NCBI GenBank assembly: GCA_026023565.1 | Contig: JAPETS010000007.1 | Location: 558,001-622,000, forward strand | DNA: 64,000 bases | Reading direction: 5' to 3' | DNA from: Cirrosporium novae-zelandiae | Taxonomy: Eukaryota | In this document: positions 50,109-64,000 of the stretch, one piece after another | Numbering within the stretch: the first letter of the stretch is position 1 | How the letters are laid out: every line of letters starts with the position of its first letter | The notes under the pieces: generated by a model | The model's input: only the letters and a program-made list of their open reading frames with translations | Database searches by the model: none | What the model was told of the DNA's origin: nothing | Made by a program: the position numbers and the translations under genes

Positions 50109-51829
50109 ATGGGAGCTGGCCAGTCAACAAGCGGGGCTGGAGCCAGTCCAGGCAGTATTAGAGAGAGGAAAACTTGCTATTATGAACTTCTAGGAGTCGA
50201 AAAAACGGCAACAGATGATGAGTACGTCGTTTTCCACATTTCAAAATCCCTTGTTCACCACACTCACCTTTCTATTACAGAATCAAAAAAGCCTACCGCC
50301 GAAAAGCCTTGGAACTTCATCCTGACCGCAACTACGGCGACACAGAAAACGCTACCACACTCTTCGCCGAAATTCAGGCTGCTTATGAAGTTCTCTCTGA
50401 TTCCCAAGAACGTGCCTGGTACGATTCGCATCGCGACGCCGTCCTACGAGGTGAAAGCGACGGAGGCGCAGAAGAGCATTTCGAACACGATGTGCGCATT
50501 ACTACTACCGACGATATACTTGCATTGTTTACCAAGTTCGATAGACGGGTGGAATTCTCTGATAAACCGACAGGATTCTTTGGGGCACTGAGACAGATGT
50601 TTGAGATACTTAACAAGGAGGAAGAAATAGCGTGTGGGTGGGAAGGATTAGACGTCCTGGAATACCCTTCATTTGGCTACGTGGATGATCCATACGATAC
50701 CGTTGTCAAGCCTTTCTACACCGCATGGAGTGGGTTTGCGACAAAGAAGACATTCTCATGGAAGGATGTATATCGATACTCTGAAGCTCCCGATCGGAGG
50801 GTACGCCGTGCGATGGAAAAAGAAAATAAGAGATTACGAGATGAGGGAATAAAAGAGTTCAATGATGCCGTGAGGTCGCTAGTTGCCTTTGTAAAGAAGC
50901 GCGATCCTCGATACAAGGCCAACATACAGACAGAGGCAGAACGGCAAAAAGTCCTACGAGACCTCGCGGCGGCACAAGCGGCTCGCTCAAGGGCAGCAAA
51001 TATTGCCAAATATGAGAGCGAGGTCCTACCGGAATGGAGTCAGAGGAGAGATTATTCCGATGGAGAAGAGACAGAAGAGGAGGATGAGGAAATTGAGGTA
51101 GAGAGTTTCGAGTGTATGCTATGTCACAAGACCTTCAAGAGTGAAAAGCAATATGAAGCACACGAGAAGAGCAAGAAACATTTAAAAGCTATACAACAAA
51201 TCAAGAAGCAAATGCGCAAGGATCACAAGGATTTAAACCTAGACGATGAGATCATGGGTGGAAATTTCACCGGTGTGGCTTCACCTGCGAGGCAAGATGA
51301 TAATGTCAATATTGTTGTTGAAAATTTCGAAAAGGTTGTACCTGGAAGTGATAACGCTGAAGTTCTTAAAGAGACCGCAGATATACCAACTGCAAACGAT
51401 GAACTAAAAAATCACATTGATCCCCCTCAGGTAAACGACAACATTGATTCCTTGAAGCAAAATCCTACTTCTTCAACTCATTCAGAGGAAGATTCCGACT
51501 ACGCCCCTCGAAGCGCTATTCAAAACCGTATCTACGAACTCGAGGATCCGGCGCTAGAATCTTCAATGTCGGATCTTAACGTATCTTCCACTTCAACTCC
51601 CCCCCAAAAGAAAATTGGCAAAGCCAAAGAAAAACGCCTCAAACGAGCTGCTAAACAAGCGGAGGAGGCAGCCTCGCAGCAGGGCAAGGGATTCACATGC
51701 TTTGGATGTAACGAGAAATTTGCGTCAAAGACCAAGCTGTTTAATCATATTAAAGACTCAAGACATACCGCGCCTCAAGCCACGGTAGGTAAGGCAAATA
51801 ATACGAAAGAAAAGAAGAAGAGGAGGTGA
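50109..51829 (+). CDS. JJJ1: J-domain / C2H2 zinc-finger protein Jjj1 (DNAJC21-like); intron 50223-50280
   Basis: YYELLGV...HPD...ERAWYDSHR J domain; RRAMEKENK; two C2H2 fingers. Confidence 0.92.
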
Positions 51830-52768
51830 TTCCAATGGCGTGCTCATTGACGCTATGGGGGAAATAATACCTTATTCCCGCTTATAAAGCTCACATGGCA
51901 TAATCTATGTATTCACTAAGAAGACCCTCAAATGTGTGAAATCCGTGTTTTGGTCAGATATTTTAAATTCTGAGAGGTCTCCAGGCAAAGAGAAGGGCGT
52001 ATTGTGCTTTCACGCACATGAATATTCTAACCCCTAGATTAGGATAGGTCAGTTAGACGGTGTGACTATGATGACATGATAGATGGATATGATTATGAAG
52101 TGGAAAAAATATGCATTATGATGTTCCAGATTATGAGGCCGGCGTTCTTGGGAAGGGGGATGTCATGGAAAAGGACCAAAACAAATGAGACATTCAGTAC
52201 AAGAGCTTAGGAAAACATGATAGATGATATTATGGATGAGGTTATAACGGTGAATTCCTATGAATAGATTATGTAGTTACTCGATTATTTAAAATATATA
52301 TATATAATTATATATAATTGTAGATAGTAACCATTGTGGTCGCGACGGCTCTAGACCCCTATTGTGTCTATTGTGTGTGTGGAGAAGTCGACGAGGGGGG
52401 GTAATATGGTGGTGGTGTATGACGTTTAGGGGGGTGTGGGGGGGGGGGGGCAGGCTCAGGGGGGAAGTGTATTTATTAGTAGGCCGAGAAGCCGGACATA
52501 CAAGTACCTTATACATACACACACATACGGTACATTAATTAGTGTAGCCACACCATCATTTCATTGTCTCAACTGGCGCAATATCACGAGGTATATATTC
52601 GTTGGTTGTAACTTGTTCTCCAAATGATGTTTTAAATTCTCGTTCTTTCAAATCCCTCCTATACAAATTATTCCTCCCCTGTTAAAAGAAAACCTTTTTT
52701 TTCTACCATCGTGCTATGATACCTTAGAAATTCTATCCGCGCTCGACCGTTAATCATCCTGCAGCAAT

Positions 52769-54820
52769 ATGGCCACCCTTGCGAGCCTCCCAGATGAAAT
52801 CATCCAACATATCCTTGAATATCTCCCTCCTCTCTCTGTTCCCTCTGTCCAACGCGCCTCTCGACGCTTCAAAGGTGTAGCCAATGAGCCTCTGCTATGG
52901 CGTCACTTCTACCGCACCCATTTCGTCTACCGTGATCGCAATTGCGAAGTCTTAACTCGTGCTTGGAAACAGAAATATGTCTACAGATACCAATTGGAGC
53001 AGGAGGTTGAATGGCTACTGGATAGTATTATTGCAAGCCAATTGGGCAGGGTAGAAAAATTTCAGAGAATTGTCGAATTCGGGATTGATGCTAAAGACAC
53101 ATTATTGAGAAATATAAATGCGGGGGATGACGAGGAGGATGTTCTTGCAAGGAGGTAGGGGATATTTTCTCCTTCAGATATTCAGCCATAAGTTTCTAAC
53201 CGAGAAACAGATATTATAGTGATGCTGCTCTTTGCTGCTTACATCGTAGCCTTGCGATTCCGGAATGGTTCCGTCTTGGAAACAATGAGCCTGTTCCTCT
53301 AGAAAGAGCGTTGGGGGCTTATGATATGTTCATCCTTCACGATGGCCCAAATGATCTTGACCATGTTGCTATCCACCACCAAACTAATTCATGATCCGTC
53401 TATCTAACATGCTTTCCAGATATCTACGCAGCTCTCCTCAATTGCGCAAGCCATCCTCGAGCTTCATCCCACCTGGACCATCATGTCCACTCGCCGAAAA
53501 GCCCTCGCCATCGGCGCCTTTATGCGCTCCCATAACTTCCATGGGATCCGCTCCGATTCTGCCTATCGCAACCTTGAGAATTGTTTCATAGGTCTTGCCC
53601 TCGAGGATGAGAACCACCAGTCCCTTCCTCTGATCTCCGTCGCAATATATTCCTGCATCGCTACCCGCCTAGGCATCGATGCTAAACCGTGCCCCTTCCC
53701 TTTCCACGTCTACGCTGTTGTCCATCCTCCCCAGGGCTTCACCTTGGACAGTCCGGCTATCTCCTCACCCCCCTTCAGCTCACCCCAACTATTGGATGAC
53801 CAAGAAGTCATGTACATGGATCCTTTTCGCACCTCTAGCGAAATCCCTCTATCATCATTAAAAGCACAACTCCGTTCCCTCCAATTCCATGCTCCTAACA
53901 CTCCCTACCTTGGTGCCGCTAGCGTCTCTGAGATGGTCATCCGCTCCGCCCGTAACATTATGACCTCCGTCCAAGAAGCTAATCAGCGCCAAACTGCTGC
54001 AAACCATGCTGCCGGCCATCACCTTGCGCCTATCCCCACATTCCCAGAAACGGACGGCGCGTTTTATGCAGCTCTATGGGCAAATGTTCTGATAGGAGTA
54101 CCGCCTCCTGGTCAGGAGGACGCACCCCGGGGGACAATGCTGACACCAACCCGACGACGTTTTCTCCCGTTCCTAAATGACCACATCACAAGTCACCTCC
54201 CCACAGACGCCTGTCTACTAGAAAAATTTGCCCTCCCTCTGTTTCGAAATCTACCCGAATCTGCACACATTCGCGAAACGGTACGTCTTATCCGCTCTGG
54301 CGACAACATACCAAAGCAGATAAGACGACGGAGACCGTTAGGACAAGGCGCGGCGGATGGGTGGGCGTGGTACGTGAAATGGAAAGTCGGAGAAGTATTC
54401 CAGCATCGGCGGTACGGGTACATGGCTGTGATTACAGGATGGGATGTTGAGTGCGATGCAAACGAGTTGTGGATTCAGCAGATGGGGATTGATCAGTTAG
54501 AGGGTGGGAGGTGCCAGTCTTTCTATCACGCTCTGTAGGTCTTCCTTTTTCTTCCCCACACCTATCTATATGTTTACCATGCTTCTTCTACAAACACCCT
54601 CCTCGCTCTTCCATCATACCAATCATCTAACCACCATTTCCGTCTACACAGAGTCGAAGACAACACCGTCCGCTATGTTGCCGAAGAAAACATCGAGATC
54701 ATCCGGCCGGAAATCCCCACGCCTACATTGCTCCGCCTCGCGGGAAAGCACTTCAAGCGCTGGGATAAGGAGCGCAGGGTTTTTGTTAGTAATATTCGCG
54801 ATGAATATCCTGATGATTAA
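52769..54820 (+). CDS. F-box + transglutaminase-like (SirB1-type) + YccV domain protein, FBXO21-like; 3 introns
   Basis: LASLPDEIIQHIL F-box; LPLISVAIY...FPFHV...MDPF; KVGEVFQHRRYGY...GWD and YVAEENI YccV motifs. Confidence 0.88.
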
Positions 54821-55804
54821 TTGGGCTGTTTGCTATTAAGAGTGGGGTGAATGTGATTGGATGAGTGAAAGGGAGGGGAGGGAGTAGAGAAGAGGTTCGG
54901 GGGAATGAATGGCAGTAGTAATTCGAGGATCAATTAATCAACTTGTAAGTTATAATAATAAAGAAGAAAAGGTTTTGAATAATCGAGTTTATTTGGATGC
55001 ATGTAGTTGTTTATTTAATATTATACATACACGCATATACACATCTGCATATGAGATGGTTGATTAACTGGCTGACCTAACATATTGCAATAAATAAAAA
55101 CAATTTGATCCGTCTTAGTAGTACGTGCTAGAAAAGCAGAGCGGATGTTTGGCTAGGTTTCGAAGTTGGAGTTGTTTAGATAACATTTCCATTTATTAGA
55201 CTATTATATTTGATTTAGAAACAGGGTTTCCATGCTACATCATACAGTAGTTGATAAATCCCAAAGCATGTCTATTCCTTTACTTTACGCAGGAATCTAG
55301 CTTCATAATTTCTATCCCTTTCATGCGTTCATTTATCGTATCGTATCATATCACATCGTGTAAAAGTAAATAAAATATTCATTAAGGTATATGTCGCTGA
55401 CTACATATGTAAGTTATGATACAGTACAGCCAAGTGCAGCCACTTTAATAAATTCCGTCATGATAACACATTTTTTTATCCGTAAACATCTCGTAACCGA
55501 CCGATCGATCGACCGACTTAAAACTCGAATGTGCCTCGCATAACACAATCATTGCAAAGCATATATAAAAAAAGGATTTCGTGGTTGTGGTCGTGTGGCC
55601 TAAATAAACAATGCTGTAATCATATCACCGTAAGTAACTCATTGCAGGGATCCACTGTATGTAAACCTCGCAAGACCTTTTAGGCAAACGGCAACATCGC
55701 AAGCTGTTCTGCATGTGATGGGTTGATTATGGATTAAAATGATGGATGGGATAGATCACCAGGTGATAAATATCTGAACTGAGTTGCTTCAGCGGAAGCG
55801 GCAC

Positions 55805-58452
55805 TTATCCCAGTCCGGATCTAGTTGTCTTGACGACATGAGCGACTGGTTGCAAGATTCCTTTGTTATCCGCTGCGCCCAGTCCCATACCATGACTCCA
55901 TCCCATCTTCTCTAACATAGCTCTGCCCTTATTATCTGCTCCGAGCTCTGGTGCGCTGGCTCCTACAATGTCCCCATCCCTATAGCCGACGCCACTTGCG
56001 ACGCCACCTCCACCTCTGAGGAAGTCTGGTTTTCTGGTTTTGTCTCTGTTTCTACCCTTGCCCTTATCAGGGCGAGGGAGGAACCTGTTCATGTTGATGC
56101 GAGATTCGAGATCTGGGATGTTGATTTCGGTCCACAGGGCCGTGGCTTTGGTTTTAGTGAGTATAGGGAAACGGTTGTGCTTGTCGCCTTGGGATTTAGA
56201 TTTCAATTTGAATCTATTAGAGATGGAATGAACTGCTATACGGTCGGGTTTGTCCATTGGAGGTAGGGCGAGGCTGGAAAAATGTAAGCATATTTCTCAC
56301 ACCAAACAACTACTTCTGGAATAGTGGAACCATACCTGGTTCTGGATGAAACCAAGAAGTCGATGATTTCTTCCTTTACTTCACCCAAAGTTATGCCGTC
56401 CTTGTATTTGACATGTAAATTAGGCGTTCCATTTTTCCTTCCTAGTAATCCTTGAGCACGAAGCTCCTCTCGTTCACGCTTCTTACCCGCCTTTTTGACC
56501 CGATCTTTCTTCCACTGTTCCTGAATCTTGCCTTTCAGTTCATCTTCTATATTATCCCAAGATGGTGGGCTGTCAAGTGCGGATTTAAGTTTGAATTTCT
56601 TTGTGGTATCTTCCCCGCGATACCTCGATTCGCGCGAAGCAGAAGCAGAAGGGCCCGAGGTTTTCTTAGTGATGAACTCATCAACATCCATAACATCGGT
56701 ATCAATATCTTCAAAAGAGCCATCAAAGAGTAAGACTTCGGAAGAGCCAAGACCAAGTTCCTCCTGCTTAGCTAGTGATCGTGCGATTTGTTCGTCGGTC
56801 ATTTTGTCTATCCGTCGTTGGATGAGATCTTGTTCATCCAGTTCATCTTCAAGAGCATCGTTAGCATCACCTATGGCTGCCTCTTCATCAGGTAACTCGG
56901 ATTTGGACTCGGATTCATCGTCTGGGTCCGGGTCGGATGGGTATTTAGGGACATTGAGTTCATCCTCCTCAAATAAGGCTATCTGTTCACCAGCTCCGTT
57001 TTCTTGTAGGCCTTCGCTAGCGACCCATCGGGCCTCATCGGTGGACTGACCGCCATATACGACCAAATATTGGGTTCCTGATGGCCTTTCTCTCTTTGAG
57101 AGAATCATTGACACCATGATTGGGAGGCCTTCGGATGTACTAAGATCATCAAGGTCTTGAAGATCGATGGAATCCCAATCAGAGATTTTGGACTTTTGCT
57201 GGACATTCTCTGATGGTTCAGCCTTGTCATCCATTATTTCATCATCAGATCCACCAAGATCACGTTTATTGAACGGTGAATCTGGTTGGAGATCATCTGC
57301 CGATCCATCGTCTTGCATGTTTGCTATATAATCAGCAAACACTTCATCTTGTAGTGTTTTCTTCTGTTGGCGCTCTCTCTCCTTTCTCTCCCTTTGTTCT
57401 TGCCGTTTACTAGACTTCCGAGATCCTCGTGGAGAAATTCCGCTGACTGGACGAGTAGATTCAAGAGTGATAAATTCGGAGGTCTCTTCTTTCACGATTC
57501 CACTCTTACTAACCTCCATGGCTTTCTCGATAGTCGTCTCAACATCAACTTGGTATAATTCTGGTTTAGGTGGGGTTTGGTCACGATTCTTGTCTCCAGA
57601 GATAATTTGTGGTTGGCTGCTCCTGGTAGGTAACACGGTGGTTGTAGAAGTTGTAGATAATCTATTTCTTGGTATGAAAACCACCTCATCATCACTCGAA
57701 TCGGACTTTGACGAGGACAAATGAATGGATGGAAGAGGTAACCCAGTCTGAACGGTTGATTTAGATCCAGTAGTATCTACGAAGAACGGTAGGTCAGACT
57801 TCAGCGTAGGTGAATGAATGTAAGGTGGGGGTAAGTTAGTTGGGATTCTTGACTTAGATCCGCAGGTGTCCATAAAGTAAGGTAAATCCCCAGGACCAGG
57901 TCCATGGGCGAAACTTGCAAAGGTCACGGGTTCTGGAGATTCGGAGCGGGAACGAGCTGGACATGCAGATTCCTTTGAGGATACAGCATCGACACCGCCT
58001 GACTTCGCATACTGTTGCCATTTTGATTTTGCCTTATGTGCCTGGCTCTTATGATCTTGGGTGCCATCCATTTCATCTTCCTTGGGCCTAATGGTAGAAG
58101 GAGGTGTTTCAGCTGAAACAAACGTAACTTGATTGAATCTCAATGGTGTATATCGGCCGTTAAATTGACGTCGTTCTGTATTGCGAGCTGCATCTGCCAT
58201 AGAATAGTAAGATGAAGAAGCTATGAGAGCAAAGTCAGATATAACCATGTAAAAACAATGGATGAATAAGACAGTACCATTATTCGACCTGGAAAACGAT
58301 GACTGAGGTGTAGAACCCCAGCGGCCAAATGAGACATCATCATTATCATCATCATCATCATCATCTGCAGAATGTCTTATGGCGGTCTTTCTCCATTCAG
58401 CTCTAGATTTAGGAGGCCCTTTGGCGCCTCCACGTTTTCCTCGTCTCCCCAT
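55805..58452 (-). CDS. SQS1: R3H and G-patch domain protein Sqs1; introns 58221-58277 and 56274-56335
   Basis: PPMDKPDRIAVH (R3H); NKGRAMLEKMGWSHGMGLG (G-patch); LAKQEELGL. Confidence 0.88.
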
Positions 58453-59273
58453 CGCTAATTTTGGGATTGCAGGTTATCTTGAGAAGGAACATGGAAATAG
58501 CAGTAAATCTGCAGCTTGAAGTATCTTTGGAGGGGAATGAAAAGGAAATAAAGAGTAAAAAGGTGGTTAGTGAATAGTGTAACTCTACGAATATCATTTA
58601 TGTGCATAATTATTAAATTATCCTTTGATTTGTTTGCAATATCGGAGCTACACCTATTTTGTGGTTATTTGGCCTGGATTTACAGGCGTCCAGTATAGTA
58701 TAGTGTACCCATGGTAGTCTAGCCTGAACTAATAAAAGATCACACAACAGCTTGACCTTAAGGTCTTAAGGTACAGTACCTAGCTGCCCCTCAGTACCAC
58801 CAATAGCCTGCTGTTTGCCTGCTGTTTGCCTATCCTTCACCGTGCCCACCCCCCCAGCCCTCCATACAAAGGACTCTAAGTACTGATTGTCCATTATTGT
58901 AACTCACCCTCTTCCTCTAAATTTCAAAGTAATTTAGATATTCAAATTCTATTAGACTATTGCCTCTCCTCCTCCTTACTTTCCGATATAAACCAACTTT
59001 CTTTCTTTTTTTCCCCATCCCCGCTCTCTATTCATTCTGGCACAGTCGGTAACTTGGGGAGGGGAGGCCCAACCACTCCGTGCCTACTTTGTAAGTATCG
59101 TGACGCATTCCTCATACTTATCCTCGTATGTCCTTACGCTAATAGCAAAGAAGCCTCTCCAGAAATTCCCAATAAATAATATTCTTAGTCCCCTGTTTCA
59201 CATATTTAATCTTCCACGCCTATGCGACCTCATCCCGCTCTCTTCGCGTTATTTTCGAAATACCTCTCTGGCT

Positions 59274-60790
59274 ATGTCATCCTCTGTCAAGATACCCGGC
59301 ATGAACAATGTAGACCTTGGCAGATATAGCAAACGCCTTGTCCAGTATTTTTGGGATCCCGAACCTAAGAATAATGAAAGTCCCGAATGTCCTATTTGGT
59401 GTCTGGGCAAACACTACAGGATACCAGTCCAACCAACAGAAGAACCCAGCAGCCCTGTCCCAAGAACCCCGAGAGAACGATCCCCCTCAAATTCTGCCCT
59501 ATCGCATGCATCTTTAGAGTCTACCACACCTCCAACCAGCACAGATGAGAGCTTGGATGATGCCCCAGTGCGAATTGAACATGCTGATAGTCCTGTCGAT
59601 AGTGTTGAAGAGGATGGAGGATGGCCCATGGGGTTCCTGGACGACTTTGAATCAAAAATATGGCTTACCTATCGGTCTGGCTTTGCCCCAATAGCTAAAT
59701 CAAAGAACCCAGATGCCTTTTCATCGATGACGTTCTCAGTTCGGCTGCGCAGCCAATTACTTGAACAGGAGGGTTTTACTTCAGATACTGGTTATGGCTG
59801 TATGATACGATCTGGGCAAATGCTACTAGCCAACACATTGTCGATACTCCAACTTGGAAGAGGTATTTCACCCTCATTATTGAGATCAAGTCCCAATATT
59901 AATGACCATAGACTGGCGGCGAGGTTCTAAACCTGAAGAAGAGCGCCGACTCCTTGCTCAATTCGCGGATGACCATCGCGCTCCCTTTTCTATCCACCGT
60001 TTTGTTGAACACGGCGCACAAGCTTGTGGAAAGCATCCCGGGGAATGGTTTGGCCCGTCAGCTACAGCAGAATGCATCAAAGCATTGTCTCATCAATGTG
60101 CGGAAGTTGGCTTGAAAGTTTACGTCACTGGTAATGGCTCAGATATTCACGAAAACGAATTCCTTGAGATCGCGTGTCCAGATGGAAAGGCCTTCTCACC
60201 TACTCTAATTCTCTTTGGTACGCGGCTGGGAATAGATCGAGTGACGCCGGTCTACTGGGAGGGGTTAAAGTCCATATTGCAAATGCCCCAGTCTGTCGGC
60301 ATTGCTGGGTAATACATCTCCCGATCTCCGTCATAGACGTATTGCTAACATGGCTTGCTCTAGCGGGCGCCCCTCCGCCTCCCATTACTTCATCGGGGTC
60401 CAAAACCACTCATTCTTTTATCTCGACCCACACACCACACGCCCCGCTCTCTCGTACCTCAGTCCTACTCCCGCTGAAGTTGATTCCTGCCATACACGCC
60501 GCCTCCACCGACTCCACGTCAAAGACCTCGATCCCAGCATGTTGATGGGCTTCTTGATTCGCAGTGCTGAGGAATGGAAGACCTGGAAACAGAACATTAA
60601 TCATGCACAGGGAAAATCGATTATACATGTTAGCGACGAAAGGGAAGATGGAGAAGATGGAAAGAGCGTCATTAGGGAGGGCGCAGTAGACGAAGTGGAA
60701 ACTCTGGATGAATCGGAGGAAGAAGATGCTAGCGAGAATGAAGATGGAAAGAGTATAGTGACGGTTACGGCCGAGGACACTTCTTCATGA
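59274..60790 (+). CDS. ATG4: Cysteine protease Atg4; 2 coding introns and a probable 5' UTR intron (59091-59150)
   Basis: IWLTYRSGF, SDTGYGCMIRSGQ (catalytic Cys), GEWFGPS, GIAGGRP and YLDPH (Asp/His). Confidence 0.94.
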
Positions 60791-61683
60791 CTAGAAGTAT
60801 CGTATTATAACGGATCACATGACTAGGATTTTGGAGATTTGGATATTCGGCGTGTGCACTTTGGCGTTTGTTTCCACTCGCACACCTGAGTAAGTAGGTC
60901 GGCCGGAATACAGATGAACCATCTACCCCAATGAAATCAGCATGAATGAACATGAAACGCATTATTTCTTCCTCGCCCGGGGAATGGGGAGAAAGAGCAT
61001 CCCAATGTAGCAATTGATTTATTTACCAATACTCCAGTCTCCCACCAGGCCAACCAAAACCTAGATGCCCAAATCCTGTTGATAAGTTATCCCCCTCTCC
61101 CCCGATTAATTACTCTCCGATCGGCTAAACCCCAACAATATCATATAATATCCAGTTATCCTCCGAATTTCAACATTCACCCAGTAGACCATTCAGTATA
61201 TGTTGATGTTGTAATATTCATAATACTCGCTATGAGTGGCCAACAATAATGCAATATGAGACGTTTTTCTGGGTCATCAGATTCCAGGCGGTGATCCGAT
61301 GGAGTCATGGTCCGTGCCAGATATCGGTATCCAGGCAGACCATATAAGAGTGGATCCCATGCTGCTTCACGTGGACAAAACATACTACTAAAGTGAGTTA
61401 ATGATGATGGTTAGTGACTAAGGAACAATGGCCATAAAAATCGATTATTGAAATTGTAATTCAGGATTCAAGTTCTCTTCATATTGAGAAATACTAGCTG
61501 TAGGAAAGAACTCATAACGATTCGATTTCCTGACGACTTGGTTATTGTACAGCCCCTTGATTTCCCATAAGCAAAGACCATAAAGACATTCAGACCTCGA
61601 TGATAGAAGTCATCCCGTAACCATTATCAAACCCGCATAACACCCGATAAATAAGACCCAGCAAGACCCTATGGAGAAGTGAC

Positions 61684-62308
<625 letters not shown>

Positions 62309-62981
62309 TTTGCTTATGGGTAAATTCGGAACTGCTAGAATGACTTGAAAATGGCAAGATAGAAGTCAAGAGATCAAGAATCGAAAATTGAAATCGATTG
62401 ATGAGGGTAAACGGATGTTTGGTGAGAATGGCGGGAGTGGTGGATGTGAGATGATGGAAGGAGAGAAGAAGAAGTCGACGCGATTGAGCGACGACGGAGG
62501 TATTTATAAGAAGGTCCGAAGGGTAATGGGTCGGTTGGATCACTGACGCTAGTGTGAAATGCGAAATGCGCGACGATGTGAGTTGACTAAATGGGGACTA
62601 GCCGTAAAAAGAGCGAAAATGATGGGGAGGCAGGGAACCAATCTGATTAACCCCCCCTAGTTTAACTGCCCAAAGTAAAACAAAAAAACAGACGCGACCA
62701 AAATCAAAAAAAACCACCACCACACATCCTTAGTACACACCCCCTCCCCACTAGTGCCTAGAGGTTGATCCCGCACCTGCCATCGCGTACCTTCACGCTT
62801 TATAAACCCCCGACTTCCCATACTTCGCCGTCTCCCTTCTTTCTCTTTTTTCCATCCATCATCTACCGTACTCGACCTCTCATCAACTGGCGACCTTTGT
62901 CAATCTGAATCCAATTATTCGCTTTCATAGCCACTTTTCGAATTTACTCAGCTTTTCGAATCTTCAACTAAATCCATCAAA
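62309..62981. promoter_or_regulatory. Bidirectional H2B-H2A promoter
   Basis: Head-to-head histone genes; TATA-like TATAAA at ~62801 (+) and TTTATA at ~62503 (-); ACGCGA (MCB-like) at ~62477 and ~62692. Confidence 0.7.
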
Positions 62982-63636
<655 letters not shown>

Positions 63637-64000
63637 GAAGTTTTCGGTTTATTGTTCATGGCGCAGGTGTGGGTTTCTTATCTGGCTTTTATGCGATAGG
63701 GTGACGACCGGAAATGGGATCCGGATTATGGCATTACATCGCTTAGGGTTGTAAATTATGTCCATGGCAATGGAATGAATGCAATGGGATAGCAATTTCG
63801 AATTGATTCTTTAATCATCAAAACTTTCTTGTGGAGTGTGCTTGTTCCTCAACCCAAGAGTCTGGGGATTCATTTTTAAACCGTCCTGACTCTCAACCTC
63901 ACTTGTGTTTAGCCCTATCATCGCCTTTTTGGATACGAAATCACATGATATTGAACAGGACTCTTCACTATAGTCGTCATAGTACATGGACTCGAAGCTG

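Noticed and set aside
14482..58724. Shared 13-mer GGTAGTCTAGCCT at ~14482 and ~58713
   Set aside because: Many 13-mer matches are expected by chance in 64 kb, and the flanks do not extend the match
58806..58830. GCCTGCTGTTT tandem duplication in the SQS1/ATG4 divergent promoter
   Set aside because: Only about 2.3 copies of 11 bp, consistent with ordinary slippage
1595..60628. Numerous antisense or alternative-frame ORFs overlapping real genes (e.g. 1904..2278, 28114..28551, 56528..57049)
   Set aside because: Shadow ORFs of coding sequence with no independent protein features
61401..61533. ATGATGA...CTGA box C/D-like pair downstream of H2B
   Set aside because: No terminal stem or recognisable rRNA guide; lies antisense to the likely H2B 3' UTR

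Overview
Gene-dense, intron-containing (GT-AG, CTRAC-type branch points) filamentous ascomycete (Pezizomycotina) genomic DNA with about 23 intact protein-coding genes; no rRNA, tRNA or CRISPR was recognised. The left ~26 kb is accessory or catabolic: a 2,2-dialkylglycine decarboxylase with a convergent Zn2Cys6 factor, an MDR reductase, F-box-like genes, a methyltransferase-like gene, a transition-riddled pseudogene, a PTH11-like membrane protein, a candidate DXO/Rai1-fold nuclease, an amidase ending in PTS1 and a BAHD acyltransferase. It ends in a 425-bp Mutator-like MITE with ~56-bp TIRs and a perfect 10-bp target-site duplication. The right ~38 kb is mostly housekeeping: eIF2A, COG3, FMP25, a group II PLP decarboxylase, NOP9, GCP3/SPC98, sulfite oxidase, an SPX-RING ligase, JJJ1, an FBXO21-like gene, SQS1, ATG4 and a divergent H2B-H2A pair. 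The most unusual observations are a histone-H3-tail-like N-terminus on the sulfite oxidase, a UGA-CUAG readthrough context on ATG4 that would create a W-x-x-V Atg8-interacting motif, and DXO-like catalytic motifs in an uncharacterised protein. All calls come from reading the sequence and recalling families; no searches were run.
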